Origin: Nanobdellota archaeon
GTDB lineage: Archaea > Nanobdellota > Nanobdellia > Woesearchaeales > UBA583
Assembly: GCA_022565615.1 (NCBI GenBank)
Contig: JAIUMM010000006.1
Location: 1 to 57,971 of the forward strand
Direction of reading: 5' to 3'
Length of the DNA: 57,971 nt
The translations under genes and the position numbers were made by a program. Shown here one piece after another: positions 31,667-41,924 of this stretch. The notes beneath the pieces were generated by a model. The model was given only the letters and a program-made list of their open reading frames with translations. It was not told where the DNA came from and did not search any database. Within the stretch, counting starts at the first letter, position 1, and the number at the start of each line of letters is the position of its first letter.

Positions 31667-33607
31667 TAAATCTTTACTTTCTTTAATACTTAAGATACCT
31701 TTAATACTTTTAAGTTCTCTAAATACTTCATCAAATGAATCAGTTTTATTAATTTTTAATTTCATAAGAACACTACCATCTTTATATATTCTATTTTTCA
31801 AATTTAATGGTGTAAGTTTAAACTTGTGTAACGAATTTAAGATATCAATTAAAATACCTGAATTTGAGTCTAAATGTAGCTCTAATGTAATATTATTGTA
31901 CAACTCTCTATCCCACATAAGCTTTATAGTCCTATTAAGACTAAATTTAGCATTATCACAATTTGCGTTATGAATTGTAATTTCTTTACCGTTTTGTGAT
32001 TCAACCCCAATTATTGGAGTTTTAAGTTTAAATTTACAACACAGAGGTTTTTTAATTTTAGAGTATACTTCAAGACCTTCAATGTGTGTAATTATCTCAC
32101 TAAATTGTTCTTCACTTGTAGATTCTCTTTTATTTGCAAGTCTTAATCCTAAACTTTGTCTAATTGAAATTTTAGCTTTATTAGTTGTTGCAATTTTTAA
32201 ATTTTTTTCAGTAGGTTTAGATTTTGTATTAGTAATAATTTCAACAATATCTCCATTAAATAATACTTTATCTAAATTTTGAGCAACCCCATTAACTTTA
32301 CACTTTATTGCTGAATCTCCAACTTCAGTATGGATGTAATATGCAAAATCAATTGCTCTTGCACCTTGAGGAAGAGAGATGATGTCAAATTTAGGAGTAA
32401 ATACAAATATTTCACTATCAAATAAATTATATTTTAAAATTTGCATTAAATTAAAAGATTCTTTATTTTCTTGTTCCCATTGTAATAATTCTCTTAGCCA
32501 CGTAATTCTTTTATCAAATAATTTATCTTTTCCAACATCTTTATATTTCCAATGAGCAGCTACTCCATATTCAGCAAGTTTGTGCATATGAATATCTCTA
32601 ATTTGAACTTCAACAGGACTATCAATAATTTGAGAATGAATTACAATGTGAAGTGATTGATATCCATTATCTTTTGGATGTAATATATAGTCTTTTTCCC
32701 TATGTGGATATGTTTTATAATGAGTGTGAAATAATGAGAGAATTTCATAGCATTTAGAAATATCTGTTGTAATTACTCTAATTGCATATAAATCATAAAT
32801 CTGTTCAAAACTAATTTTTTTTTTAGTAATTTTTCTATAAATACTATACATACTTTTACATCTTCCAAGAACAGTTACTCCTTCAACATTGTGTTTATTA
32901 AGAAAATGTTTTAATTCATTAACACCTTTTTGAACAATTTGAAGTCTTACTTCTTTTTTAAGTCCAAGTTTTTGTTTAATATTTTCAAAATCCTTTGGAT
33001 ATAAATATTTAAAAGATAAATCTTCAAGTTCCCATTTCAAAGAATAAATACCTATTTTTTGAGCAATTGGTGCATAAATAAAGAGTGTTTCTTTTGCAAT
33101 TCTTTGTTGAGCATTTTCACTTCTTGAACCTAGAGTTTGCATATTGTGAAGCCTATCACAGAGTTTAATAATTAAAATTCTCATATCTTTTGATGCACTT
33201 AAAAGCATCTTTCTAAGCTCAGTTAAATTTTTTTCAATATCTGTTCTTCCTTTATTTTCATTTTTACCAAGTTTAGTAAGTCCTTCAACTAAAAGAGAAA
33301 TTTCATCTCCAAATATTTTTTTAATTTCTTCAATTTTAACATTTGTATCTTCAACTACATCATGAAGAAGAGCTGCACAAATAGATTGAGGTCCAAGTCC
33401 ATAATGATAACTAAGTTTTGCAACTTCAATTGGATGGGTAATATATAAATCACCTGATTTTCTATATTGTGTTGAGTGAGCTTTTTTTGCAACTTCATAT
33501 GCTTTAGTAATAAGTTGTTTATTAAACTCAGTAGGAAGACTAATTAAGAACATAGAAAAAATTTCATCAACTTGTTTAGTTGTATTAATTATTATTTCTG
33601 ATTTCAT
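31661..33607 (-). CDS. rel: long bifunctional RelA/SpoT homolog (Rel)
   Basis: HD (ALLHDVVEDT, KLCDRLHNM), synthetase (REKDY, NGYQSLH, EVQIR, AEYGVAAHWKYK), TGS, CC..H..C and ACT-like domains. Confidence 0.95.
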   Translation of the reverse strand: MKSEIIINTTKQVDEIFSMFLISLPTEFNKQLITKAYEVAKKAHSTQYRKSGDLYITHPIEVAKLSYHYGLGPQSICAALLHDVVEDTNVKIEEIKKIFGDEISLLVEGLTKLGKNENKGRTDIEKNLTELRKMLLSASKDMRILIIKLCDRLHNMQTLGSRSENAQQRIAKETLFIYAPIAQKIGIYSLKWELEDLSFKYLYPKDFENIKQKLGLKKEVRLQIVQKGVNELKHFLNKHNVEGVTVLGRCKSMYSIYRKITKKKISFEQIYDLYAIRVITTDISKCYEILSLFHTHYKTYPHREKDYILHPKDNGYQSLHIVIHSQIIDSPVEVQIRDIHMHKLAEYGVAAHWKYKDVGKDKLFDKRITWLRELLQWEQENKESFNLMQILKYNLFDSEIFVFTPKFDIISLPQGARAIDFAYYIHTEVGDSAIKCKVNGVAQNLDKVLFNGDIVEIITNTKSKPTEKNLKIATTNKAKISIRQSLGLRLANKRESTSEEQFSEIITHIEGLEVYSKIKKPLCCKFKLKTPIIGVESQNGKEITIHNANCDNAKFSLNRTIKLMWDRELYNNITLELHLDSNSGILIDILNSLHKFKLTPLNLKNRIYKDGSVLMKLKINKTDSFDEVFRELKSIKGILSIKESKDLL

Positions 33608-33653
33608 TTTTCATATGTTGGATATTATTATAATTAGTGTAAGTTTTAAAAAT

Positions 33654-34952
33654 TTAATATATTAATTGACAAGAGTGACTATTTAAATTAAGTTGATTAT
33701 TATCTATTGAATCAATTATTAAATAAGGACTAGACATTGAAGTAGTAAATAAATTATGCGTTCTATTTGTATATAATTGATCTATACTAAAGTAAATACT
33801 TTGATAAAAATTATTTATACTTGAACTTGGCAAAAAACTTTGACAGTAAGTTTCATTAGTGCTAATTGGATCTTGTAATATAATTTCAATTTTGTTCTTA
33901 CTTAATTCATATACAAACTCACTTCTTTGAATAAGTGAGTTATATGCACATTCAAAATTACTAGGAGTTGAAAACAGAGAAAACATAAAAATAGTTATTT
34001 CATCATTAGTATCATAAAATCTAAATATTTTAGGTTCATCTTCATTTAATTGATTTGTAATTAAATAGTCACTTTGATGATTTGAATATGTATAAGAAAA
34101 ACTACCTTCAACAATTCTACCTGTATTTGTCAAATCAATAGTTGAAGGCATTTTTTGAAAATTTGATTTGATATGATATACAGGAATTCTCTCTCTTGAA
34201 AATTGAGTATTAATATATTCTTCAATAAAATTTTCATTAAAATCTAAAAATACAACACTACTTGGATTTAATGTATCAATTTGTGTTCTCATTTCAGATT
34301 CAGTGAGTCCATTTTCTAAATCCCAAGTGATAAATGATAATTGTTGATAACTCCTTCTAGTGTTTAAAATTCCTTGAAAGAGTGAGTACGTAGGTCCATT
34401 AGATTGATTAATAATAATAATATGACTTTTAGGAACTACTGCAATCATAGGACTAATTGACATTGGAAAATTAAAATTTTCAAGTATTAAATAAATATTT
34501 TGAGGAAGCTCATTATTAATTGGAGGCATAATAAAAGGATAAATATCCAGATATTCATTTAAAGGTTCATAAATTAATTCTCTTCCATCAATACTGAGTC
34601 TTGTAAATTCTCCTCCTATACATTGTAAATTAGCATCTTTATTTCCCATTAATGGAATTGTATTAAAAACAGTAGCACTACTTACACTTAAACTCTGAGC
34701 TCGTACATTTAGTGTATTTGTAAGTGCTTTTGCAAATTCTAAATTATTATTTTCTTGTTCTATAGTCCAATATGTATTTAAAATTGAATATATTGAAATC
34801 ATTAAAACTCCTCCTATAATAGTCATAAATACCCATGAAAAAACTGTTGTCGTTATTCCTTTTTTAGAAGAATAAAAAGGTTTTAAGAAAATATTTAAAT
34901 ATTTATCATTTAAATTGTTTTTTCTAAAAAAAGTATTTTTAAATAAATTCAT
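33654..34952 (-). CDS. pilin-like protein with class III signal peptide
   Basis: SKKG/ITTTVFSWVFMTIIGGVL. Confidence 0.6.
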   Translation of the reverse strand: MNLFKNTFFRKNNLNDKYLNIFLKPFYSSKKGITTTVFSWVFMTIIGGVLMISIYSILNTYWTIEQENNNLEFAKALTNTLNVRAQSLSVSSATVFNTIPLMGNKDANLQCIGGEFTRLSIDGRELIYEPLNEYLDIYPFIMPPINNELPQNIYLILENFNFPMSISPMIAVVPKSHIIIINQSNGPTYSLFQGILNTRRSYQQLSFITWDLENGLTESEMRTQIDTLNPSSVVFLDFNENFIEEYINTQFSRERIPVYHIKSNFQKMPSTIDLTNTGRIVEGSFSYTYSNHQSDYLITNQLNEDEPKIFRFYDTNDEITIFMFSLFSTPSNFECAYNSLIQRSEFVYELSKNKIEIILQDPISTNETYCQSFLPSSSINNFYQSIYFSIDQLYTNRTHNLFTTSMSSPYLIIDSIDNNQLNLNSHSCQLIY

Positions 34953-34992
34953 ATTAATATTTATAAATTTGAACTATTTAAATATATTTGTA

Positions 34993-35478
34993 ATGAATAA
35001 AGACTCAAAATATGAACAAAAATTCAAAATTAATTATATTACTAATTATGTTGGATTAAAAAATTTAATAATTTTTCTAATTATAGTTTTATCTTTAGTA
35101 TTATTTGATCAATTAATTAAATTAGAGTTCTGTACAACTCAAGTATTATTTTCAAAATGTATTTTAAATACAGGCTCAGCATATAGTATGTTTTCATCTA
35201 TTGGACTTTATTCTTTAGTTATTGCTATACTTGGAGTATTAATGAGTATCATTTTACTTATGTATAATTCTTATTTTATTAAAGAATTTGGAATGACTCT
35301 AACATCTTTACTTATGGCTGGAATCATATCAAATACTATCGATAGAGTATTTATTGGAGCAGTAAGAGATATGCTTTCAATCCCATTTATTCATTTTTTT
35401 GGAATTTTTAATGTAGCAGATATATATCTCACAATTGCGGGTTTATATATATTATATATACTTTTAAGTTCAAAATAA
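34993..35478 (+). CDS. lspA: lipoprotein signal peptidase II
   Basis: DQLIK, NTGSAYS, SNTIDRV..GAVRD, FNVAD; start moved to ATG 34993. Confidence 0.88.
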   Translation: MNKDSKYEQKFKINYITNYVGLKNLIIFLIIVLSLVLFDQLIKLEFCTTQVLFSKCILNTGSAYSMFSSIGLYSLVIAILGVLMSIILLMYNSYFIKEFGMTLTSLLMAGIISNTIDRVFIGAVRDMLSIPFIHFFGIFNVADIYLTIAGLYILYILLSSK

Positions 35479-35563
35479 TTTGAAATATATTAAAGTAATT
35501 TGTATTTTCATAACTTTATAAGAATAACTAAATATTTTATATAACTTTGATTATTATTTTTAT

Positions 35564-36175
35564 ATGTATATCGTACACGCATTAATAGATGGGTTAAAGG
35601 TACTTAGCTTTGATAAGCAGGTAATTAGAAGAGTTTCTAAGGAGAAGAGTCTTGAAGATATTTTTTTAAGCACTCTCTTTGTAAACTATATGGTTGTATT
35701 AGTTTGCTTTTTAGTGATTGTTGCAATGGGAGGACAATTATATTTAGAAGATAGATTATTAAATATGCCTGTATTAATGGGACTATTATTGATGTATCCA
35801 TTTGCATTCAATATTGTAGTTTATGCAATTTATTCATTATTTGGATTGATGGCTGAGTTAGTAAATACTAAAAATCATGTAAGACCACTACTCTCAACAG
35901 GATTTCATTCAGCAATTGCATATGCTCCAATTTTATATGGTATTGCAGTAATTACAACTGCATCAATTACTCTTGGACTTATTTTATTTACAGTATTTGC
36001 AATTTACTTTTTAGTGATTATGTTTTACATCATTTCAACAATTTACAAATATTCATTTGCACAATCAATGATGGTATTATTAATTCCTTTATTAATTGCA
36101 GGAATTGCTTTAACTATTCTCTCTGTATTTGTGCCACAAATTAGTCAAAATATTATTGCATTTGTGTTTGCTTAG
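35564..36175 (+). CDS. Yip1-like membrane protein
   Basis: Five TM helices in Yip1-like spacing. Confidence 0.5.
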   Translation: MYIVHALIDGLKVLSFDKQVIRRVSKEKSLEDIFLSTLFVNYMVVLVCFLVIVAMGGQLYLEDRLLNMPVLMGLLLMYPFAFNIVVYAIYSLFGLMAELVNTKNHVRPLLSTGFHSAIAYAPILYGIAVITTASITLGLILFTVFAIYFLVIMFYIISTIYKYSFAQSMMVLLIPLLIAGIALTILSVFVPQISQNIIAFVFA

Positions 36176-36282
36176 TTCTTTTACTAAGTAATAAAAACTA
36201 TTTTTTTGTTTTTCTTATAAATTATTTAGGAATTTTAAAATTAATTAAAGTAGAATATTAGTAATAAAATTAATTATAGGAA

Positions 36283-36930
36283 TTATTTATATAAAATTAT
36301 TTTTCTAATTATTTCTTTTGAGACAGTTTCAATATCTTCATCCCCATTGACTTCTAAAATTTCAGCTTTATATACATTTAAAATTATTTCTTTAACTGTA
36401 TTAAAAATTTCTAATCTCTCATTAAATATTTGGGAAGTATCATCATCTCTTTGAATAAGAATTTCTCCATCATCATCACAAACTCCTTCAATTTTTGGCA
36501 TTAATTCTTTGAGTTGTGAGTTATAGAGTCTATGACATTTAGGGCAATAATATCTTGATGTAATTCTTGAAATGAGCTGAGTTTCATCAACATTTAAGAA
36601 AATTAATTTAATTGTATAATAATGATTTTTCAAAAATCCATATAACCAATATGCTTGATCTAATGTTCTAGGAATTCCATCTAAAATAATATCACTCTCG
36701 GACTTAAAATATTTTCTAAATATTTCAAATACATGTGAATCATTTAATAAAATTCCTTCTTTAAATACTTGTTTGTACAATAATGTTCCTGGTGTGAGTT
36801 CTTTTTTAATTAAATCACTCATAACATATCGTTTAAATCCAGTTTTATCTTCAAGTAACTTTCCTTGTGTCCCTTTTCCAGAACCAGGTGCTCCAAGCAT
36901 AATAATTGCAATTTTTTTTTTTGAATCCAT
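36283..36930 (-). CDS. adk: adenylate kinase, bacterial long form
   Basis: GAPGSGKGTQ, LDGIPRT, LID CPKC...CDDD, QRDDD. Confidence 0.9.
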   Translation of the reverse strand: MDSKKKIAIIMLGAPGSGKGTQGKLLEDKTGFKRYVMSDLIKKELTPGTLLYKQVFKEGILLNDSHVFEIFRKYFKSESDIILDGIPRTLDQAYWLYGFLKNHYYTIKLIFLNVDETQLISRITSRYYCPKCHRLYNSQLKELMPKIEGVCDDDGEILIQRDDDTSQIFNERLEIFNTVKEIILNVYKAEILEVNGDEDIETVSKEIIRKIILYK

Positions 36931-37148
36931 TTTAATATTACTTGTATATTTATTTTCAAACAATTACTCTATTATATATAATTATAGCTAAAAACAACCA
37001 AAGTAAACTTATAATTGAGATTATAATTAAGTATGTTTGAAATTTTGTTCTCATACATTAAATGTGAAAAAGAAGTATTTTTAATATATTGTAATATTAG
37101 AGTATAATAACAGAAATAATATTGTAAAAATTACACATTTTTAATCTG

Positions 37149-38213
37149 CTAATCTTTGATATTTTTAACAAAAGGCTCCTCTTCTACTGTAATATAGGGT
37201 TTTGGTTGAGAATATGAGATATTTGTTGTAGCTCTATCTCTTCTTAAATATCCAAGCCATGCAATCATAGCACCATTATCCATACACAAAGAAAGAGGAG
37301 TAGTCGTATATGTAACTTTGATACTTTGACACATTAGTGTTGTCATTTCACAAAACCTCTTTGATGAAGCAACTCCTCCAACTAATACTAACTCTTTTTG
37401 ACATGTATAACAAAGAGCTCTTTTAGCTACTTCTTGAATCATTGCAAAGCAGTTTTCAACAAGTGAGTAAGACAAATCATAAATAAGTTGTTCTTTTGAT
37501 TCATAGTATTTATTTTTATCTTTAGAAACTTTAACAATTCCTTCTTTTGTTTCAAATTCCACAATTCGTTGTTTTACAAAATTAATAATTCCAGAAAATG
37601 CAACATTCATACCTTTAATAGTATAAGGGAGTTCAAACAATTCTTCTCCTAATTTAGCATAACTATCAATAATTGGCCCTCCTGGGAATCCAAGTCCCAT
37701 AATTCTTGCACAAGAGTCTAAACAATTTCCAAGTCCAACATCTTCAGTTTCACCATATACAACATATGTTCCTTGTGAGTTAACTCCTGCTACTTGAGAG
37801 TTAACTCCAGTAATATTTACAAAAAGAGGATTTTTAAATCCGCTAACCATTTTTCCAATTTCATAATGTGATTGGATGTGATTTACACCAACTAGAGGAA
37901 TTTGAAGCGTTTTACTTAACGTTTTAGCGACTAAACATCCAATTTTAAGCGAATTACCAAGACCTGGGCCTTGAGAAAATGAAATCAAATCAATGTTACT
38001 TAAATTTAAACCTTGCATTTTAAGTTCATTAACTGCTTTTAAAAGTGTTTGATTAAAATTTGTCACATGATATTTAGTAAGTTTACGAGGATCCATTCCT
38101 GAATCTTGGGAAGTATATACATTTTTCACATTTACTATTACATTTTGTAATTTTGAATCAACAATTCCAATTCCAAATGTGTGAGCTGTACACTCAATTC
38201 CTAATATTAACAT
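37149..38213 (-). CDS. kae1: KEOPS t6A transferase Kae1
   Basis: LGIECTAHTFG, GPGLG, VNHIQSH, DNGAMIAW. Confidence 0.92.
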   Translation of the reverse strand: MLILGIECTAHTFGIGIVDSKLQNVIVNVKNVYTSQDSGMDPRKLTKYHVTNFNQTLLKAVNELKMQGLNLSNIDLISFSQGPGLGNSLKIGCLVAKTLSKTLQIPLVGVNHIQSHYEIGKMVSGFKNPLFVNITGVNSQVAGVNSQGTYVVYGETEDVGLGNCLDSCARIMGLGFPGGPIIDSYAKLGEELFELPYTIKGMNVAFSGIINFVKQRIVEFETKEGIVKVSKDKNKYYESKEQLIYDLSYSLVENCFAMIQEVAKRALCYTCQKELVLVGGVASSKRFCEMTTLMCQSIKVTYTTTPLSLCMDNGAMIAWLGYLRRDRATTNISYSQPKPYITVEEEPFVKNIKD

Positions 38214-38344
38214 AACTATTATAATATATGATAATTTATTAATATTAGTATATTTAAAATCATAAAAATATTAATAATGGTATAACTTTAGTTAATCTCT
38301 AATGAGTACAAAGTTATTTAAATTTAAATAGTTGATATTTAGGT

Positions 38345-38533
38345 ATGTCAATTGAATATCATTTACAAATTTATAAAGATCAAAATAATGAACTTAAATC
38401 TATCTCAAAACTTGATTTAAGAGAAGCAAATTTTACAGAACTATCAGTTTTAAAAGCTGATATCGAAATTAATCTTGAAAAAATTAATCAAAGTCTAAGA
38501 GAAATTAAAGAAAAGTCTTCTAAAAATTTATAG
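38345..38533 (+). CDS. small coiled-coil hypothetical protein
   Basis: 62-aa ORF in intergenic space with upstream TATA-like box. Confidence 0.5.
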   Translation: MSIEYHLQIYKDQNNELKSISKLDLREANFTELSVLKADIEINLEKINQSLREIKEKSSKNL

Positions 38534-38627
38534 TTATTTTTAGTAAAATTTATTTATTCATATTAAAATTATTAGTTATCTTAAGAATTATTTATTACTA
38601 ATTTTTAAAAAATATTATTGTAAAAAT

Positions 38628-39602
38628 TTAATTTCTCTTTTGTAGAGAAAGTAAATCTTCAGTTGTAAGAGTCATTCCTTTTTTCATAAGTTGATCTTCA
38701 AATTCTTTTTGTTTCTTTGAATTATCAACATTATTATTTCCTCTTGTAAATGTTCTCTTTTTCTTTTTCTTAATTGGAGCATCATCTCCTAATTCTTCAA
38801 GAATTTGCTCTTCTTCTTTAAATAAATCTTTTAATGTTTTACTTAATTCAACATATGTTTTTTTATGTTCTCTAAAGTCTTCAAATGCTTGTTTTTTCTG
38901 ATCTCTTAATTTATCAATCTCTTTATATTTTTGCTTTTTATCCTTACTAATAAGTCTAATTTGTTTATATAAAGATCTAATTTTTTTCTCAATAGTATTA
39001 TATTTTTTTCTAATTTCATAATACTCTTTTTTAACAGCTTTAAATTCTTGAGCCTCAGGAGAATTATCTTCTTCTTCATTTTTAGAACTCGTATCTCTAG
39101 GAGTTTTGTTAAATTGAGAAGCTGCTTCTTTTAATTCATGAATTTCTTTTGAAATTTCAGCTTCTTTATCTAAACTAAGTACTTGAGTTTGTACTTTATG
39201 TTCTAATGCTTCAAGTTGTTTTTGAGCTTTTTGAGGAGAAATCTTTCTATTTTTCAAATCTTGAGAATTATCATGACTAGTTGAAGTAGTAACTCGAGGT
39301 TTTTTATTTGATTTAACTTTTTCAAGTGTTTCTTCAAATACTTGTTTTAGTTTTTCATACTCAGTTTTAACTTCTTCATATTCTTGTTTATGAGTTTCTA
39401 ATTCTTTATTAATCTCATCCAAATTGTTTTCTGCTTCTATTTTTTTAACTTCTTCATAGAGAGAATTAATTTGCTCACTAAATTCTTCACCCGCTGTGAA
39501 AAATTCTTCTTTAATTTTTTTCTTTTCAAAAAAATCTTTTTTTAAATCTCTGATTTTATTTTGAACTGTAATCAATTCTTCGTGAATTGCCTTTTTTTCC
39601 AT
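38628..39602 (-). CDS. archaeal coiled-coil protein (COG1340-like)
   Basis: K/E heptads, LEHKVQTQVLS..KE, terminal LTTEDLL; follows the stalk operon. Confidence 0.7.
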   Translation of the reverse strand: MEKKAIHEELITVQNKIRDLKKDFFEKKKIKEEFFTAGEEFSEQINSLYEEVKKIEAENNLDEINKELETHKQEYEEVKTEYEKLKQVFEETLEKVKSNKKPRVTTSTSHDNSQDLKNRKISPQKAQKQLEALEHKVQTQVLSLDKEAEISKEIHELKEAASQFNKTPRDTSSKNEEEDNSPEAQEFKAVKKEYYEIRKKYNTIEKKIRSLYKQIRLISKDKKQKYKEIDKLRDQKKQAFEDFREHKKTYVELSKTLKDLFKEEEQILEELGDDAPIKKKKKRTFTRGNNNVDNSKKQKEFEDQLMKKGMTLTTEDLLSLQKRN

Positions 39603-39753
39603 TTTTAATTTATTGTAATGTAATAATTAGTACTTTTTTTATTTAATTAAGAAAGCTAACTTAGGATAAAAATATTTATGTGATTTTGATTCTTATATTG
39701 ATTAAATATAATAATTTTAAGTTTTAAACTTTAAATTTTTAAAAACTTGGGAT

Positions 39754-40053
39754 TTAGAATAAATCTCCAAGTCCAGCTGCTGCATCAACAGCAGGTGCTT
39801 CTTCTTTCTTTTCTTCTTTAGCAACTTCAGCAGCAGGAGCTGCAGCCACTGCACCAGCAGCAGCTACAGGAGCTGCAACAGCTGAATTTGCAATAACTTC
39901 TTCAATATTTACTCCATCAAGAGCTGCAACTAATGATTTAGCTTTAGCACTATCTGCTTCAACACCAGCAGCTTTTAGAACTGCTGTAATATTTGCTTCT
40001 GTAACATCTTTTCCTGCTTTATTTAAAAGCATAACTGCATATATGTATTCCAT
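39754..40053 (-). CDS. rpl12p: ribosomal stalk protein P1 (L12p)
   Basis: MEYIYAVMLL, Ala hinge, GLGDLF. Confidence 0.96.
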   Translation of the reverse strand: MEYIYAVMLLNKAGKDVTEANITAVLKAAGVEADSAKAKSLVAALDGVNIEEVIANSAVAAPVAAAGAVAAAPAAEVAKEEKKEEAPAVDAAAGLGDLF

Positions 40054-40124
40054 TTTTATTTAGTATTAATGTATTGTAATATATAAATGTTATTTATATA
40101 TTTTATTTTTGTTTTATCTTAAAC

Positions 40125-41129
40125 TTAAAATAAATCAGCAAGTCCTGCTGATGAATCTTTTTGTTCTTCTTTAGGTGTTTCTTCTGGAGAAGAAGATTGT
40201 GTTGTTCCTTCATTTGCTTGAGAAGCAACTGGTTGTGCAATTACAAGACCAGCAGGTTGTAGCTCACTTGGAAGAGTTGAGGCAACTCCTGCCATTTGTG
40301 AGTTTGCTTTACTCAATAACAAATTTATTGTTTCAGCTGCAGGGTATGCAACTCCAACTCCTAAACCTAATGAATCTCTTCCAGCTGTACTTATGAAATG
40401 AGTAATATTCTCAATAGTATAGTATTCAAGTCCAATTGATAAAAAGTGTGCTCTTGCAGCTTCATTTGCAATATCAGCTATAATTGCTCCTTCATCAACT
40501 TCTAATACTCCTCTATCATAAATAGTACCTTCTTCATAAATTGCCTTAATGTTTAAACCAACTTCCATAGGTTCAATACCTAGTCTTGTTAAAATTTCTG
40601 CAAGTTTAGGACTAATTACATTTCCTTCTTTAACTGCAACTGAATCTTCTTTAATTTCAACTTTACCAGCATTAATTCCTGCTTTAATTTTCAAAGCTCC
40701 AAGCTCTCCAATAATTGGTCCTGGCGCAAATCCTGTAGGTCCTGCTGGAACAATAACATCTTTTGGTGCAATTGAACCAGGTTTTGCAGGAGCTGAGGAT
40801 TTGTTTTTTTGAACTGTTTTAAATAAAGTAAACGGATTTGCATTTGTGAAAATTAATCCAACTACTCCATTTGAATAATTATTTAATTCACTAATTGTAG
40901 GGAACTTTGTTTCAAGTTCTTGACATACAATTGAAATTAAATTTTTCTTAACAATTAAAACTTCTGCATCTTTTTTAATTGATGCTCTAATTCTTTGAAA
41001 TTGTGGTGCTGGAAGTCCTTCAACATCTAAAATACCAATAATTGAATATTTTTGAGCAAAATCTCTAATTCTTTTTGCAAAGTCTTGATTTCTTGCATTA
41101 ATTTTAGGATTATAATTTTCTAGTTCCAT
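40125..41129 (-). CDS. rplP0: ribosomal protein P0 (uL10)
   Basis: APAKPG.IAP, PAGPTGFAPGP, LGIEPMEVGL, GLADLF. Confidence 0.96.
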   Translation of the reverse strand: MELENYNPKINARNQDFAKRIRDFAQKYSIIGILDVEGLPAPQFQRIRASIKKDAEVLIVKKNLISIVCQELETKFPTISELNNYSNGVVGLIFTNANPFTLFKTVQKNKSSAPAKPGSIAPKDVIVPAGPTGFAPGPIIGELGALKIKAGINAGKVEIKEDSVAVKEGNVISPKLAEILTRLGIEPMEVGLNIKAIYEEGTIYDRGVLEVDEGAIIADIANEAARAHFLSIGLEYYTIENITHFISTAGRDSLGLGVGVAYPAAETINLLLSKANSQMAGVASTLPSELQPAGLVIAQPVASQANEGTTQSSSPEETPKEEQKDSSAGLADLF

Positions 41130-41130
41130 T

Positions 41131-41781
41131 TTATAACACCACCAATTTACTCATAGTAAATTTAATTCCAATATTGTTAATGTTATTCTCTCTATTCACT
41201 AATGTTTGAACAAGAGCTTGGTGAATTTGAACTATCTTTTCAGCAAGTTCTTCATCACTCTCATTTTCTGCTCCAATTGATGCTTGAAGAACCAAATTTT
41301 TACGAGTTTGTAAATGAACAGTTCTTTGTAATTTATCATATAAAGGTTGAAGTGGTGTTTTATCAGTAATAACCATTCCTAATTTAGGAGAAGGCATTTT
41401 ATTCATAGGTCCTAAAAATCGTCCAAATACTTGGGCGAATTGAGGCATGAAACTTGATTGTACAACGAATTTATCAAATTTGTGAGTGATAGTTCTAATT
41501 TTTTTCATATCACCTTTCATTGCCACCATATCATCTCCATAAAGAACATGATCAAACACACCTTCTGCTTCTTTCATTGTTTTATCAACGATAACGCAAA
41601 TTTTAAGAGGTTTAGGTTTAATAGGTGTTGTCATAGTAATTCCAACATCTACTTTGTGTTCTGGTTTTTTCAAATCAATTTGTTGCAAATTAATAACGAT
41701 ATCAAGAGATTGATTAAAATTTCTTTTAGGAGTCAATTCTCTTAATTCCTTAATTTTGTTAACAACATTTTGAGTATTCAT
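41131..41781 (-). CDS. rpl1: ribosomal protein uL1
   Basis: KRNFNQSLD, GRFLGPMNKMPSPK. Confidence 0.95.
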   Translation of the reverse strand: MNTQNVVNKIKELRELTPKRNFNQSLDIVINLQQIDLKKPEHKVDVGITMTTPIKPKPLKICVIVDKTMKEAEGVFDHVLYGDDMVAMKGDMKKIRTITHKFDKFVVQSSFMPQFAQVFGRFLGPMNKMPSPKLGMVITDKTPLQPLYDKLQRTVHLQTRKNLVLQASIGAENESDEELAEKIVQIHQALVQTLVNRENNINNIGIKFTMSKLVVL

Positions 41782-41924
41782 TTTTGTATTTTTTTAAAAT
41801 ATACTTCTTCTATATCTATTGATATAGTATAACGCGAAGATATGCGTTAATTATACAAATTTTATGAGATTTATAAATATTTGGGAATACAATTATTTTT
41901 AAAAGATTATTCTTGTAATATTTT

